A stretch of DNA of 64,000 bases from Paraphysomonas bandaiensis (GCA_965644295.1 CBFFRP010000186.1:118564-182563), one strand, 5' to 3'. Positions 25,101-38,348 are shown, counted from the stretch's first letter. The notes: generated by a model from the letters alone, not told the origin. A program made the numbers and translations.

Positions 25101-28100
25101 TGTGTAATGATGTAGTTTTATGATATTGATGCAGTTATATGGTATGATATGTTGGAGTGCCTTGACTGCGACCATATATGTATGTGTATGTTTGGCGGTG
25201 CTGTTAAGATGAGTAGCACCCACTTCTATATGTGCTCAAGCTTCCATATGTGCCGCAGATGATGAATTCGAACGAGGTGTTCGAACATAAGATGGATGGT
25301 ATTATTAGAGCTGCTGAGAGGGGTGATATCAATGGTGTGAGGAGGTGTGTTGAGAGGGGCGATAACATACATGAACGAGACGAGGTAACCCACACACATA
25401 AACACATACATTCATTCATACGTACATACATAAGTAGAGTGTTATGAGGGCTCATATGTGATAATTGTTATTGTTTTATAGAGTGGCCACACAGCTCTTC
25501 ACTGGGCTGCCATTAGAGGTCACGGAGATGTAGCTGAGTATCTTATGGGAGCAGGAGCAGATACAAGAATACGAGACAATGTAAGTAACCCTTCTATACA
25601 TACATACATACATACATACATACATACATACATACATACATACATGCATACAGTGCTATGTTGGCTCATATGTGATTGTTATTATTGTTTTATAGGATGG
25701 CCGTACATCTCTTCACTGGGCTGCCGTTAGAGGTCACAGTAATATATCAGAGTATCTTATGTTGGCAGGAGCAGATACTAATATACGAGACAATGTAAGT
25801 AACCCCTCTATACATACATACGTGCAGTGTTATGAGGTCTCATGTGTGATTTGTATTTGTTTTATAGGGTGGCCGTACAGCTCTTCACGTGGCTATATCT
25901 AGAGGTCACAGAGATATATCAGAGTATCTTATGTGGGCAGGAGCTGATATTAATGTACGAGACAATGTAAGTAACTCCTCTGTACATACATATATACTTA
26001 ACCATATGGATATGTGGTGATGCAGTGTGTCACTTGCTTTTATAATGCTTCTTGTTACTTTTGCAGGAGGGAAGGACTCCTGTTGATGTGGCTAAGGATA
26101 ATGCGATGCGTGAGCTCATCAGAAACGCACATGTTAGTATGTGTACTGTATGCTTCATCGTATTCTCAGAACCAGAGACATAACTTCACTGGAATCATAT
26201 GTGTATTGTATAGGCTGAGAGGCAGAGACAGCAAGAGGAGGACGCTGCTACCGCTGCAGAGGTATGTATGTAATGATGTAGTTTTATGATATTGATGCAG
26301 TTATATAGTATGATATGTTGGAGTGCCTTGACTGCGACCATATATGTATGTGTATGTTTGGCGGTGCTGTTAAGATGAGTAGCACCCACTTCTATATGTG
26401 CTCAAGCTTCCATATGTGTCACAGATGATGAATTCGAACGAGGTGTTCGAACATAAGATGGATGGTATTATTAGAGCTGCTGAGAGGGGTGATATCAATG
26501 GTGTGAGGAGGTGTGTTGAGAGGGGCGATAACATACATGAACGAGACGAGGTAACCCACACACATAAACACATACATTCTCATTCATACGTACATACATA
26601 AGTAGAGTGTTATGAGGGCTCATATGTGAGTTTTTGTATTGTTGTATAGAGTGGTGCTACAGCTCTTCACTGGACTGCCATTAGAGGTCACAGAGATGTA
26701 GCTGAGTATCTTATGGGAGCAGGAGCAGATACAAGAATACGGGACAATGTAAGTAACCCCTCTATACATACATACCTACATAAAGTAGAGTGTTATGAGG
26801 GTTCATATGTTTTGATAATTGTTATTGTTTTATAGGATGGCCACACAGCTCTTCACTGGGCTACCATTAGAGGTCACGAAGATGTAGCTGAGTATCTTAT
26901 AAGGGCAGGAGCAGATACAACTATACGAGACAATGTACGTAACTCCTCTATACAAACATACATACATACATACATAAATAGAGTGTTATGAGGACTTTTA
27001 TGCAATTTGTATTATTGTTTTATAGGGTGGCCGTACAGCTCTTCACTGGGCTGCCATTAATGGTCACGAAGATGTAGCTGAGTATCTTTTGAGAGCAGGA
27101 GCAGATACAACTATACGAGACAATGTAAGTAACTCCTCTAGACATATACATACATACATACAAACATACATGAGTAGAGTGTTATGAGGGTTCAGATGTG
27201 ATTTTTATTATTGTTTTATAGGGTGGCCGTACAGCTCTTCACTGGGCTGTCTCTAATGGTTATAGAGATATAGCTATGCATCTTTTGGGAGAAGGAGCAG
27301 ATACAAGTATACGGGACAATGTAAGTAAATCCTCTATAGATACATACATACATATATACATACATACATAAAGTAGAGTGTTATGAGGGCTCGTATGTGA
27401 CTTGTATTATTGTTTTATAGGATGGGCGTACAGCTCTTCACTGGGCTGTCTCTAAGGGTTATAACGATATAGTTCAGTGTTTATTTTTTTGGGCAGGAGC
27501 AGATACAAGAATACGGGACAATGTAAGTAACCCCTCTATACATACATACCTACATAGAGTAGAGTGTCATGATGGCTCATATGTGATTTTTATTATTGTT
27601 TTATAGGATGGCCGTACAGCTCTTCACTGGGCTGCCATTAGAGGTCACGGAGATGTAGCAGAGTATCTTTTAAGAGATGGAGGAGATACTAATATACGAG
27701 ACAGTGTAAGTAACTCATACATACATACATACATACATACATAAGTTGAGTGTTATGAGGGCTCATATGTGATTTGTATTATTGTTTCATAGGATGGCCG
27801 AACAGCTCTTCATTGGGCTGCCATTAGAGGCTATAGAGATGTAGTTGAGTATCTTATGTTGGCAGTAGCAGATACTAATATACAAAACAATGTAAGTAAC
27901 CACTCTATACATACATACATAAATATATATATACGTGCAGTGTTATGAGGGCTCATATGTGATTGATATTATTATTTTATAGGATGGGCGTACAGCTCTT
28001 CACTGGGCTGCCATTAGAGGTCACGGAGAAATAGCTATGTGTCTTTTGAGAGCAAGAGCAGATACTAATATACGAGACAATGTAAGTAACTCCTCTATAC

Positions 28101-30730
28101 ATATACATACATACGTGCAGTGTTATGAGGTCTCATGTGTGATTTGTATTTGTTTTATAGGGTGGCCGTACAGCTCTTCACGTGGCTATATCTAGAGGTC
28201 ACAGAGATATATCAGAGTATCTTATGTGGGCAGGAGCTGATATTAATGTACGAGACAATGTAAGTAACTCCTCTGTACATACATATATACTTAACCATAT
28301 GGATATGTGGTGATGCAGTGTGTCACTTGCTTTTATAATGCTTCTTGTTACTTTTGCAGGAGGGAAGGACTCCTGTTGATGTGGCTAAGGATAATGCGAT
28401 GCGTGAGCTCATCAGAAACGCACATGTTAGTATGTGTACTGTATGCTTCATCGTATTCTCAGAACCAGAGACATAACTTCACTGGAATCATATGTGTATT
28501 GTATAGGCTGAGAGGCAGAGACAGCAAGAGGAGGACGCTGCTACCGCTGCAGAGGTATGTGTGTAATGATGTAGTTTTATGATATTGATGCAGTTATATG
28601 GTATGATATGTTGGAGTGCCTTGACTGCGACCATATATGTATGTGTATGTTTGGCGGTGCTGTTAAGATGAGTAGCACCCACTTCTATATGTGCTCAAGC
28701 TTCCATATGTGCCGCAGATGATGAATTCGAACGAGGTGTTCGAACATAAGATGGATGGTATTATTAGAGCTGCTGAGAGGGGTGATATCAATGGTGTGAG
28801 GAGGTGTGTTGAGAGGGGCGATAACATACATGAACGAGACGAGGTAACCCACACACATAAACACATACATTACCATTCATACGTACATACATAAGTAGAG
28901 TGTTATGAGGGTTCATATGTTTTGATAATTGTTATTGTTTTATAGAGTGGCCACACAGCTCTTCACTGGGCTGCCATTAGAGGTCACGGAGATGTAGCTG
29001 AGTATCTTATGGGAGAAGGAGCAGATACAAATATACGAGACAATGTAAGTAACCCCTCTATACATACATACATACATACATACATACATAGGTTGAGTGT
29101 TATGAGAGCTCGTATGTGATTTGTATTATTGTTTTATAGGATGGCCGTACAGCTCTTCGCTATGCTGTTTCTTATGGTTATAGAGATATAGCTATGTATC
29201 TTATGAGAGCAGGAGCAGATACTAATATACGAGACAATGTAAGTAACTCCTCCGTACATACATACATACATACATACATATATGAATGCAGTGCTATGCG
29301 GGCTCCTATGTGATAATTGTTATTGTTTCATAGAGTGACCGCACAGCTCTTCACTGGGCTGCGATTAGAGGTCACGGAGATATAGCTGAGTATCTTTTGA
29401 GAGAAGGAGCAGATACTAATATACGATACAGTGTAAGTAACTCCTCTATACATACATACATACATACATACATACATACATACATACATACATACATACA
29501 TACAACATACATGCATACATACATACATAAGTAGAGTGTTATGAGGGCTCATGTGTGATTTTATTATTGTTTTATAGGATGGGCGTACAGCTCTTCACTA
29601 TGCTGTCTCTAATGGTTATAGAGATATAGCTATGTATCTTATGAGAGCAGGAGCAGACACTAATATACGAGGCAATGTAAGTAACTCCTCTATACATACT
29701 AACATACATACATACATACATACATACATACATACATGAATGCAGTGCTATGTGGGATCATATGTGATTGTTATTATTGTTTTATAGGATGGGCTTACAG
29801 CTCTTCACTGGGCTGTCTCTAGAGGTTATAGAGATATAGCTATGTATCTTTTGAGAGCAGGAGCAGACACTAATATACGAGGCAATGTAAGTAACTCCGC
29901 TATACATACAAACATACATACATACATACATACATGAATGCAGTGCTATGTGGGATCATATGTGATTGTTATTATTGTTTTATAGGATGGGCGTACAGCT
30001 CTTCACTGGGCTGTCTCTAGAGGTTATAGAGATATAGCTATGTATCTTCTGAGAGCAGGAGCAGATACAAGAATACGAGACAATGTAAGTAACCCCTCTA
30101 TACATACATACATGAATCATACATAAGTAGAGTGTTATGAGGGCTCATATGTGATTGTTATTATTGTTTCACAGAATGGTGAGACAGCTCTTCACTGGGC
30201 TGCCATTAGAGGTCACAGAGATGTATCTGAGTATCTTATGGGAGAAGGAGCAGATACTAATATACGAGACAATGTAAGTAACTCCTCTATACATACATAC
30301 ATACATACATACATACATACGTGCAGTGTTATGAGGTCTCATGTGTAATTTGTATTTGTTTTATAGGGTGGCCGTACAGCTCTTCACGTGGCTATATCTA
30401 GAGGTCACAGAGATATATCAGAGTATCTTATAAGGGCAGGAGCAGATATTAATGTACGAGACAATGTAAGTAACCCCTCTAGACATATGGATATGTGGTG
30501 ATGCAGTGTGTCACTTCCTTTTATGATGCTTCTTGTTATTTTTGCAGGAGGGAAGGACTCCTGTTGATGTGGCTAAGGATAATGCGATGCGTGAGCTCAT
30601 CAGAAACGCACATGTTAGTATGTGTACTGTATGCTTCATCGTATTCTCAGAACCAGAGACATAACTTCACTGGAATCATATGTGTATTGTATAGGCTGAG
30701 AGGCAGAGACAGCAAGATGACTTCAATTGA
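19176..30730 (+). CDS. Modular ankyrin-repeat locus: 7 tandem N-cap/ANKn/C-cap/linker modules, 40 single-repeat exons (about 1865 aa if spliced as one mRNA)
   Basis: Modules 19176-21034, 21198-22615, 22779-23769, 23933-25095, 25259-26261, 26425-28554 and 28718-30730 carry 8, 5, 3, 4, 3, 9 and 8 internal exons. Each exon is 99 nt (one is 102 nt), phase 0, consensus [33 protein letters not shown]. No stops seen in the exons; terminal exon [11 protein letters not shown]. Confidence 0.92.
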
Positions 30731-31015
30731 ATACTATCAGACGTGTTGTTGAATTGGAAGTTGGTTGTTTACACACATATCATGCATCTGTATATTCATG
30801 TCTGAATGTAGGACATGCTATGCTGGTCATCGGAGTAGTATGTCGGAGAGAATGTCAAGTGTTATAAATTAGAATTTTTAAAAATCCGGGATTTGGTATA
30901 ACGAAACAGTTTTTCTCTATAGAAATCATGTTTTGATTACACTTTAGCATAAAGTATACTACTGTATTTCTTTTTGTCCATTATGCAATTCCTGAATTTT
31001 TACAGAGTGTTGATG
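30717..31015 (+). repeat. Diverged direct repeat downstream of the ankyrin array; supplies the stop codon
   Basis: The linker exon breaks at CAGCAAG|ATGACTTCAATTGA; the sequence is homologous to 18363-18780. Confidence 0.7.
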
Positions 31016-31174
31016 TGTTCATTATCAATATCAGAATACAGGGCTAGAAAATAATATATTGCACTATATTAGTATGACTAATCAGAAACAACACCATACG
31101 AAGGAGGATGGATACTTTTGCGCAACTCTGATATAATATGTTTAGCTGCGCTGAACAGACTTTCCCATGTATTG

Positions 31175-33270
31175 TGTTGAGCTCTGCAATATGATGTGAT
31201 ATATATTGTGCAATTGAAGTGAGTTAACAGTGTGCAATAGGTAAAGTCAACTCATAGGTGTAACGGGCGATTATAGGCACAAAGGAATTAAATTCAGTAC
31301 TGATGTGTGACTATACAAGATATAGATCTGACTGATGAACATATGATAAACAGATGTTGCTGAGGACAGATGTTTCAACATATGTTACACGAATATGTAG
31401 TGAAGTGTTCAGAATAATAGTTATAATTTCTTACTTGAAAGTGCGTTGTGTTTAACATATAGCAAGGTTAAGGTTACATGTAGAGCAAAGTTAACTTCAG
31501 TAAAATGTCCAATTCCAACATGGTAGCGAGTGGTAGCTCTGATGAGGCGAAGGAGGACAGCAAGGTGTTGAAGTTTGACAAGTGAAACGACACGTGTGTT
31601 GTAACGATTTGGGAGGAATGTGAACGTGACGCAGATGTATTGGAGGGTGCCAACCGATGCATGGAGGCGACTACCAGATGATGATCCCAACAAGGAAGTT
31701 TTGCCCAATGAAATGCTTCAAACGCTGGTGGATAGGTTTAGGAGTGAGTTGGGAGTAATACTCCAAAAGACTACGCAAAATACCAGCTTGTAAATATTGG
31801 CCAATGATATGGTCGAAATAGATATTGATTGACTGAAATGTATTTTCTTCTAAAACTGACTTCTACACTGAGCAGCAGAGCAGTGGAGCTTTTCATAGTT
31901 AACGAGCAGAGAGTGCTAAGACATACACATGAACAGAGACAGAGAGTTCATCGGCGGAATGGCGCTAATATGTAGATGATGATGTCTCATCTGGAGGGGA
32001 GTCCAACATGATAAATGGTGAAGTGCTTATGACTGAAACAGTAGACAAACGAGTGTATCTAGACAGTTGTGCCGGAAAGCAGCTATTCATGGTTGAAGAT
32101 CATAGAGTGCTAGAGAAATATTATGAAGCAGAGCCAGGAGTCATATCTCTGACGAAGAAGGGGTCAGCAATGGAGACTCAAGGAGTAGGAAACTTTCAAC
32201 ACTGGCAAAAGAGAAGGCATCAAAGTATGTGAATATGCCGTGAAGAATATTGTCTCAGGCGGAATGCTGCGGGCACTGGTGTGTGGATTGGAACTACTTA
32301 GAGTACCGAGAATTGTAGAGTTAAACACTGGTAGAGAGGTGCTGGCTGGAGACTATGATGAGCATGGAGGAATGCCATGGGAGGCACTATATAATATTAT
32401 GACGTTTTGAATTCGCCAATTATTACGTCATCGTGCCATCATGTAATGGAGGAAAATGCCAAGGAGGGAAGTAAAGTTAGTGGATGTTGCCTTATGAGTG
32501 TGTTTCTGGGAGGAAAGGTGCCCGAGTTATCCTGGTTGAGGAAATGGGGGTGCAAGGCGTATGTATTAGTCCCGAAGGCCGATAGACGGAAAGACTGGGA
32601 GGAAAAGGCACAAACAGGATATTTTGTGGGTTTCCCAGATGAGCAGATGGGGTATCAAGTGTTGATAGAAGATATAATAGTCACGTCTGTTCATGTCCTG
32701 TTTGATGTATCGGTGCCCGAGAGATCGGCTGATTACTACCGAGAAATACACTATAAGCCACTACGGTGGCAGTGGTTCCTCAGAGAGGAGTGTTATCGAC
32801 AAAACCCATGTGAAGATGGCGGCCAACTGTACAACAAGACCACGCGAATATAGATTCGGAAAGAGGTCTAAATGTGGGATATAGATTCCTGATGTCAGGT
32901 GGTGAGGAGCAACTGGTAGTTAAGACTCCTATTCACATCAACGCGGATGAGTGAAGACCTTGTGACAAGAGTATCTGCTAGTTCTGGATCTCGTGACGAC
33001 GGAACCAGCGGACATTTATTACAGCAGTTGACTGGGACGGTTCCATCCCCTTCTGACTTCGTAATTGCTCCGGGAGAGGAAGCTCCATCAGATCGCTCAA
33101 CTAGGGGCAGGCGCACAAGGGCTCCAATGGTGGTGACGAATGTGTCAGTAGTAGGTGAGAAGCACGTATTACCTTCATGTAACGAAGTGGAGTGCAGCCT
33201 ACTAGAGGAGGCAGATTCCATCTGGTGCTCGTCAGCGGGACCTACGTCGTAAGGTGCCTCAGACATATAA
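31175..33270 (+). pseudogene. Degenerate Ty1/Copia element (relative of 35299-37035)
   Basis: Possible TGTTGA...TCAACA LTR (31175-31380). Broken gag (TIWEECERDADVLE), protease VYLDSCAG, and integrase C-terminal region (WLRKWGCKAYV...GYFVGF) with stops and deletions. Confidence 0.8.
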
Positions 33271-33465
33271 CAGCGATATTTGACGAAAAAAAACCGTAAG
33301 CGAGAGAAAGCAGAGAAGCGAATAATGCTTAATTATGAGCTGATCAACAAACACACATGCAACATCAGACTAACGAAATGACTCCAAGGGCAAAAATCAG
33401 TCATAACTCTATACGATACTGTATATCATGTATGACTCAGTATGCAAGACATGACTGTATACTCT

Positions 33466-33638
33466 GGGGGTGGTTGTGCATATCGATTTCATCGATTTGT
33501 TCATCGTTTATTTCATCGAAAAATCATCGTTTTTTCATTAAAAAGTCACTTTTTTTCACTTTTCACTGAAAAAACGATGATTTTTCGATGAAATAAACGA
33601 TGAACAAATCGATGAAATCGATATGCACAACCACCCCC
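33466..33638. mobile_element. Foldback MITE with perfect 72-bp inverted arms
   Basis: GGGGGTGGTTGTGCATATCG...TTTTTTCA / TGAAAAAA...CGATATGCACAACCACCCCC with a 29-bp spacer. Confidence 0.9.
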
Positions 33639-34099
33639 TGTACTGTATACCACTGTACTGTATACCACTGTACTCCTGTACAGTGTACTGCAGTACCGTG
33701 TACTACCGTACGCAGGATATCACAATCCAAGTGCCTCCCTATATCCTAGCGTGCGCAAGGATACAGTGCAGTACAAGTCGTCACATGTGAAGATCAACTT
33801 CAACAATACCTAAACGTTTATAACGAAAACCCAAATATGCTCATCATTAAGGGAAAAATAAAATAACGCAGGTATATATATATATTGTAATCACGAGAAT
33901 ATACTGTATGTATGAATAGACGCACGAGATCAACGGGCAGACCGTTTACATCAATTACGCTCCCGTCTAAGTATACCATTTCAAATATAGATAATAATAT
34001 GATGGTATATAATGCACTTTACAAACATAGCACTCAAATACTTAAGTATGTAGTATAATATATCAATCCCTTTAAGTATGACATCAAACACTCAATCAC

Positions 34100-35290
34100 A
34101 AACCACCGAAGTTTCTCTTAAAAAAACGGTTAGCAAGGGATTTAGTGAATAGATCAGTCAGATTTTCCTCATAGTAGAAATATATTGGAAATCCACAATC
34201 CCACTCGCGAATAATCGTCTAATAGAAAATTGATGTCGTATCGCCATATGTGCTATCTTTGATCTCATGTTGTTAGCAATGTGCTTCATTCTCCTCTGAA
34301 AATACATAAAATTTTGGCCAACTTAATCGCTGACGTGTTATCAATATGAATAATTGTAGGTTTATCACCTTTAATTTCTCTGTCACATTCTTGTTAGCGA
34401 TAACTCTCTTGATATATTATGTCTCTCTCAATGACATTAATTTCTTATGGCATCTTAGCTTAATACTCGGAATCCTTCGGTGAAAATAAATCGAAATCTT
34501 TTAATTCGGACTTTGACACAATCGTAGTCCATTCAGTATCACAATAGGCACTAATAATTGACACTGCTTCAGATTGTTTCATGAAAGGAATATGGAGATC
34601 TATATAATTCACCCAATATTTGAAAAATGTTCACAATTACACCCCAGTATTGCCTGTCAGAGTTAGATAACAAACTAACAACTGAACATATAACAAATAT
34701 AATATATCTTGTTGCATACATACCATTTTAAACCCAATTTTCAATGTGCTCATCTTAGAAACGATATTCTCCATTCATATAATCATTGTCATCATCATTT
34801 CTCAAAGAAAATGGAATAATAACTGTAGTACTCATAATAATATATAGTATAGTACTAATATATATCGAGATCAACATACAGTTCGTTCACTCATAACTAA
34901 CTGCTCCTACTATCAGCAAGTATATTTCTAGAACTAGACATAAGTCTTAAGAAGTAAGCATATGCACTGAAAGCTTATGTCACAAAGATATATGAGACAA
35001 ATTTTTAGCTTCTACCTACTAGCCGTTTTACTATACCGTTAAGATAAGTGAAAGTGAACAGTTCAAAATTCGTGATTTTTACACTTACAAAATATGGCCC
35101 TAATCCATATCACCATTCCTGTGAATAGTGAAGTGTACAGCCACCTCAGATGGGTTCTGTATATCTTCCATTTCTTTTTCAGACATAAACTTAGGGTTAT
35201 TTGCTAGTATATTCTCTCAAATGTCATCGTCAGGTACAGTTACATTGTCATACACACCACCCAACAAATTATCCTGTCTGAGCCAGATAT
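34100..35290 (-). pseudogene. Highly decayed Copia RT/RNase H remnant
   Basis: Minus-strand GDKPTIIHIDNTSAIKLAK and ENLTDLFTKSL motifs of Ty1-type RNase H, with stops. Confidence 0.6.
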
Positions 35291-35298
35291 TCATACAA

Positions 35299-37035
35299 TC
35301 ATGCGCATGTCTCCAGAAACCTGACTGCGCTTAGCTCTTCGTTGTCCCGTGATTTGAACGAATGCCTGGTTATCTTTGCCTTGGCACACCATTTACACAG
35401 GGGTTTCTTGCAACTCTTCTCCTTTGCCTTCGAAAGGTGATGTCGTTGTAGTCCTGATCCTCTGAATAACATGTGTCGGTGAGCTTCTAATAACTTCGAT
35501 TTCGAGACATGTCCAGTACGCTCATGTAAGCGATCCAACGCATCTTGTCCTGTATTATCCGACAAATTTACCTCCTCCATCTGATTGCACATAGACACAT
35601 TTGGCAGATTTAACACCTCCATCAAGTCCACATACGGCATTCCTCCATGCTCATCGTACTCTCCAGTCAACACCTCGTTTCCAGAGTCCAATTCCACGAT
35701 TTTAGGCTTTCGAAGCAGTTGTAATCCGTATCCCATTGATCTCAGCATTCCTCCTGACACAATGTTCTTCACCGCTTCTTCACTAACTCTGATGTCTCTC
35801 CATTCCCCGAATGTACCAGCCCCCTGTGTCTCCAATTGAGAACCCTTTCTAGTTAGTTGGATTGCCCCAAACTCAGGAGTAAATGACTCCAGTGCAATTT
35901 TATCCTTTACTATAAACAGTCTTTTACTTGCACAACTGTCCAGATATACACGAGGTTCTTCCGACGTATCCACCGATAGCAAAACCTCTTCTCCAAACAT
36001 ATTCGCTTCATCATCCGACGACTCTCCGTCGTTGACGTATTTCTTCCATTCTGTCTCGAATTTCCTGTTCGATTTTCGAGGATTCTCATTATCCGGGTTT
36101 TTTATGTTCTTCCGTTTTTTCGACTTGCACTGTCGGGCTTTATGACTAAAATCTCCACAGATATGACAACCAGTATAATCCTTTGATCCTGGCTGCTGCA
36201 CACTCTTCGAAGCCTTTTCCTTTGTCTTCCCTTTTCTTTTGAACTTATCCATTTTTCTTTGTCGTTCCTTAGCATAACAATTCGCTGCTACGTGTCCCTT
36301 CTTCCGACAAAATGAACAAACCACTGGCTCCTTCGACGCCGTAAAATTGATCTCTTCAGATTTGTCTCCCTTTAGTTTCTTCAGCTGCGTCATAGCCTCG
36401 TCATACTCTTCACAAGCCTCTTTCACCGAATCAAATGTAGTTGTTGCTTTAGGCATCATCGCTACCGACATCCATAAATCATGTAATTCCTCTATCTGCA
36501 GCGCTGCTTTTATCTTTGCTAATTTACTTGCCTCTGTCTGCGGTTGTCCCAATTTTATGAGCTTCTGGATTATACCGTTCAGTCGATCTACCCCAACAGA
36601 CACCTTTTCCCCCGGCCTTATTTTGAACGAATGGTATTCTGCCGTAGTCTTCTCCAATACAGTCCCAATCTCGCCTCTGAACCTATCAACCAGTGTCTGA
36701 AGGAGCTCACTGGATAACACCTCCTTAGCAGGATCATCAGCAGGTAAAATTGCCTTCCCCTCCAAATATTGATTGGCTACCTCCAACACATCAGGGTCAT
36801 GCTCGCAAGCCTCCCAAATAGTACTAACACAGGTATCATTACGCTCTCTCCATGACTCTAAATTCCTTCCTCCGGCTGGCGGGTCCTCCAAGCCAAGATG
36901 GTTTCGGTTTTTCTTCATTAGATGCATCTTGATTTTTCTCGCTGAATAGTCTGCTTGGTTCTTGTCAAACCGTAGCTTCTTGTCATCTTCCCCATCCCTA
37001 CAACTAGCATTCGCTACCATAACAGAAGTTGACAT
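35299..37035 (-). mobile_element. Ty1/Copia gag-protease-GAG-pre-integrase ORF, truncated at the integrase
   Basis: Two CCHC knuckles (CSFCRKKGHVAANC, CHICGDFSHKARQC), protease VYLDSCAS, LHERTGH...CKWCAKAK. Confidence 0.9.
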
Positions 37036-37817
37036 TATTTGCTAAGGTTTACTATTCTCAACTGATAAGATGAAATTATAAACATTACATGATAAAGAAC
37101 CTAAGTTGTGTTCGATGTGTTCAACACCATTCATTTACTACTATAGTGTACAAACCACCCACTCAGTGATCGTATCCTGTATAGTCATCCACTTCTACTT
37201 CAGTTTCATACTACATAATATAATGTACTAATTACATATATATCTTTCGATCCTTGCATCTCACATAATACTGCACTCAATTGCAAGTATATAGAATCTT
37301 CAGATCTCAACATTTGGTATTTCATTGTATATGTGTGTTGTATTCACGCGTTAAGAGATATACGTGAATCAATGACTCCTAATAAGATCAATGCAACTTT
37401 TCTGCACATACTCTACTACTATTGTAATGAAATACACATACACGCCTATTGTATTGTTAAGTTTATATTTTGACCTAAAAATATGACGGTGATAGGACAA
37501 TGATATAGGCAACAGGCAATCGAGCACAGTGTTATAAGTGGACGGTATTGTCATAAGGAAACGACCTTAACATTAGCAAGGGTACTTCATCATCACTATT
37601 ATTATCCGCAATTACCTCAAAGCAATTATATCAAAATTCTTAAGCGAACCGAGCAATAACCATATTGGCATTTACATATCTAAGAAAAATCACCGACATC
37701 CAATTGATAGCTACTGATTCACCATTGAAAAATCTTAAACCTTGTATACTTTATAGGAAATATCTGTGAGCTGAGTGCACGTCACGAGACAACTGAGAAA
37801 TGAGTGCGAGTTAAGCT

Positions 37818-38348
37818 TTAATTGAACTGGGGGCGAAGTTGTAGTCTCCACTCAACTTCATCTCTGAAATCCAATGCTCGACCGGGGATATTCAAGTCGG
37901 TACTCGGTACGCTCTGAAGAAGCCGAGTTGCTGCAAGAGGGTTGCGACAATAGTCACCCCCAGCATTTTTATTGGAATTTTGAAACCGATTCTTATAGAG
38001 ACCGGTAAATGTGTCAATCTTTGAAAGTCGTTGTTGGGCTGGATTACAAAGGTCACCAGCTTGTACACCCTTTACCTGTACCATGGTGAGAACACGAATA
38101 TATTGAAATAGTGTCTCACCTCATGAGGCAGGTATGAAGGGAGCTCTTTGTACTTCACAGCTCGCACTGGGGGTCTACTTTTGGAGGAAATTGGGGCCAG
38201 TTGACGAACTTTCCGCTTACGGTTCTGAGCTCCCTGGCGCTCACTATAGGCCTGTCCGATCTCTTCACGATCTATAGCCGCGCGGTACTATAAAACACAG
38301 TGACATCACATTTCTATATAATAGCATGCGAGTTACCTTATGGCTCAT
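37818..38348 (-). CDS. Hypothetical protein, 3 exons
   Basis: MSHK / YRAAIDREEIGQAY...YLPHE / VQVKGVQAG...EWRLQLRPQFN* joined through canonical GT-AG introns. Confidence 0.55.

Noticed and set aside
19366-30465. CRISPR-like regular repeat/spacer appearance
   Set aside because: Units are spliceosomal exon/intron pairs encoding ankyrin repeats; no cas genes and a eukaryotic context.
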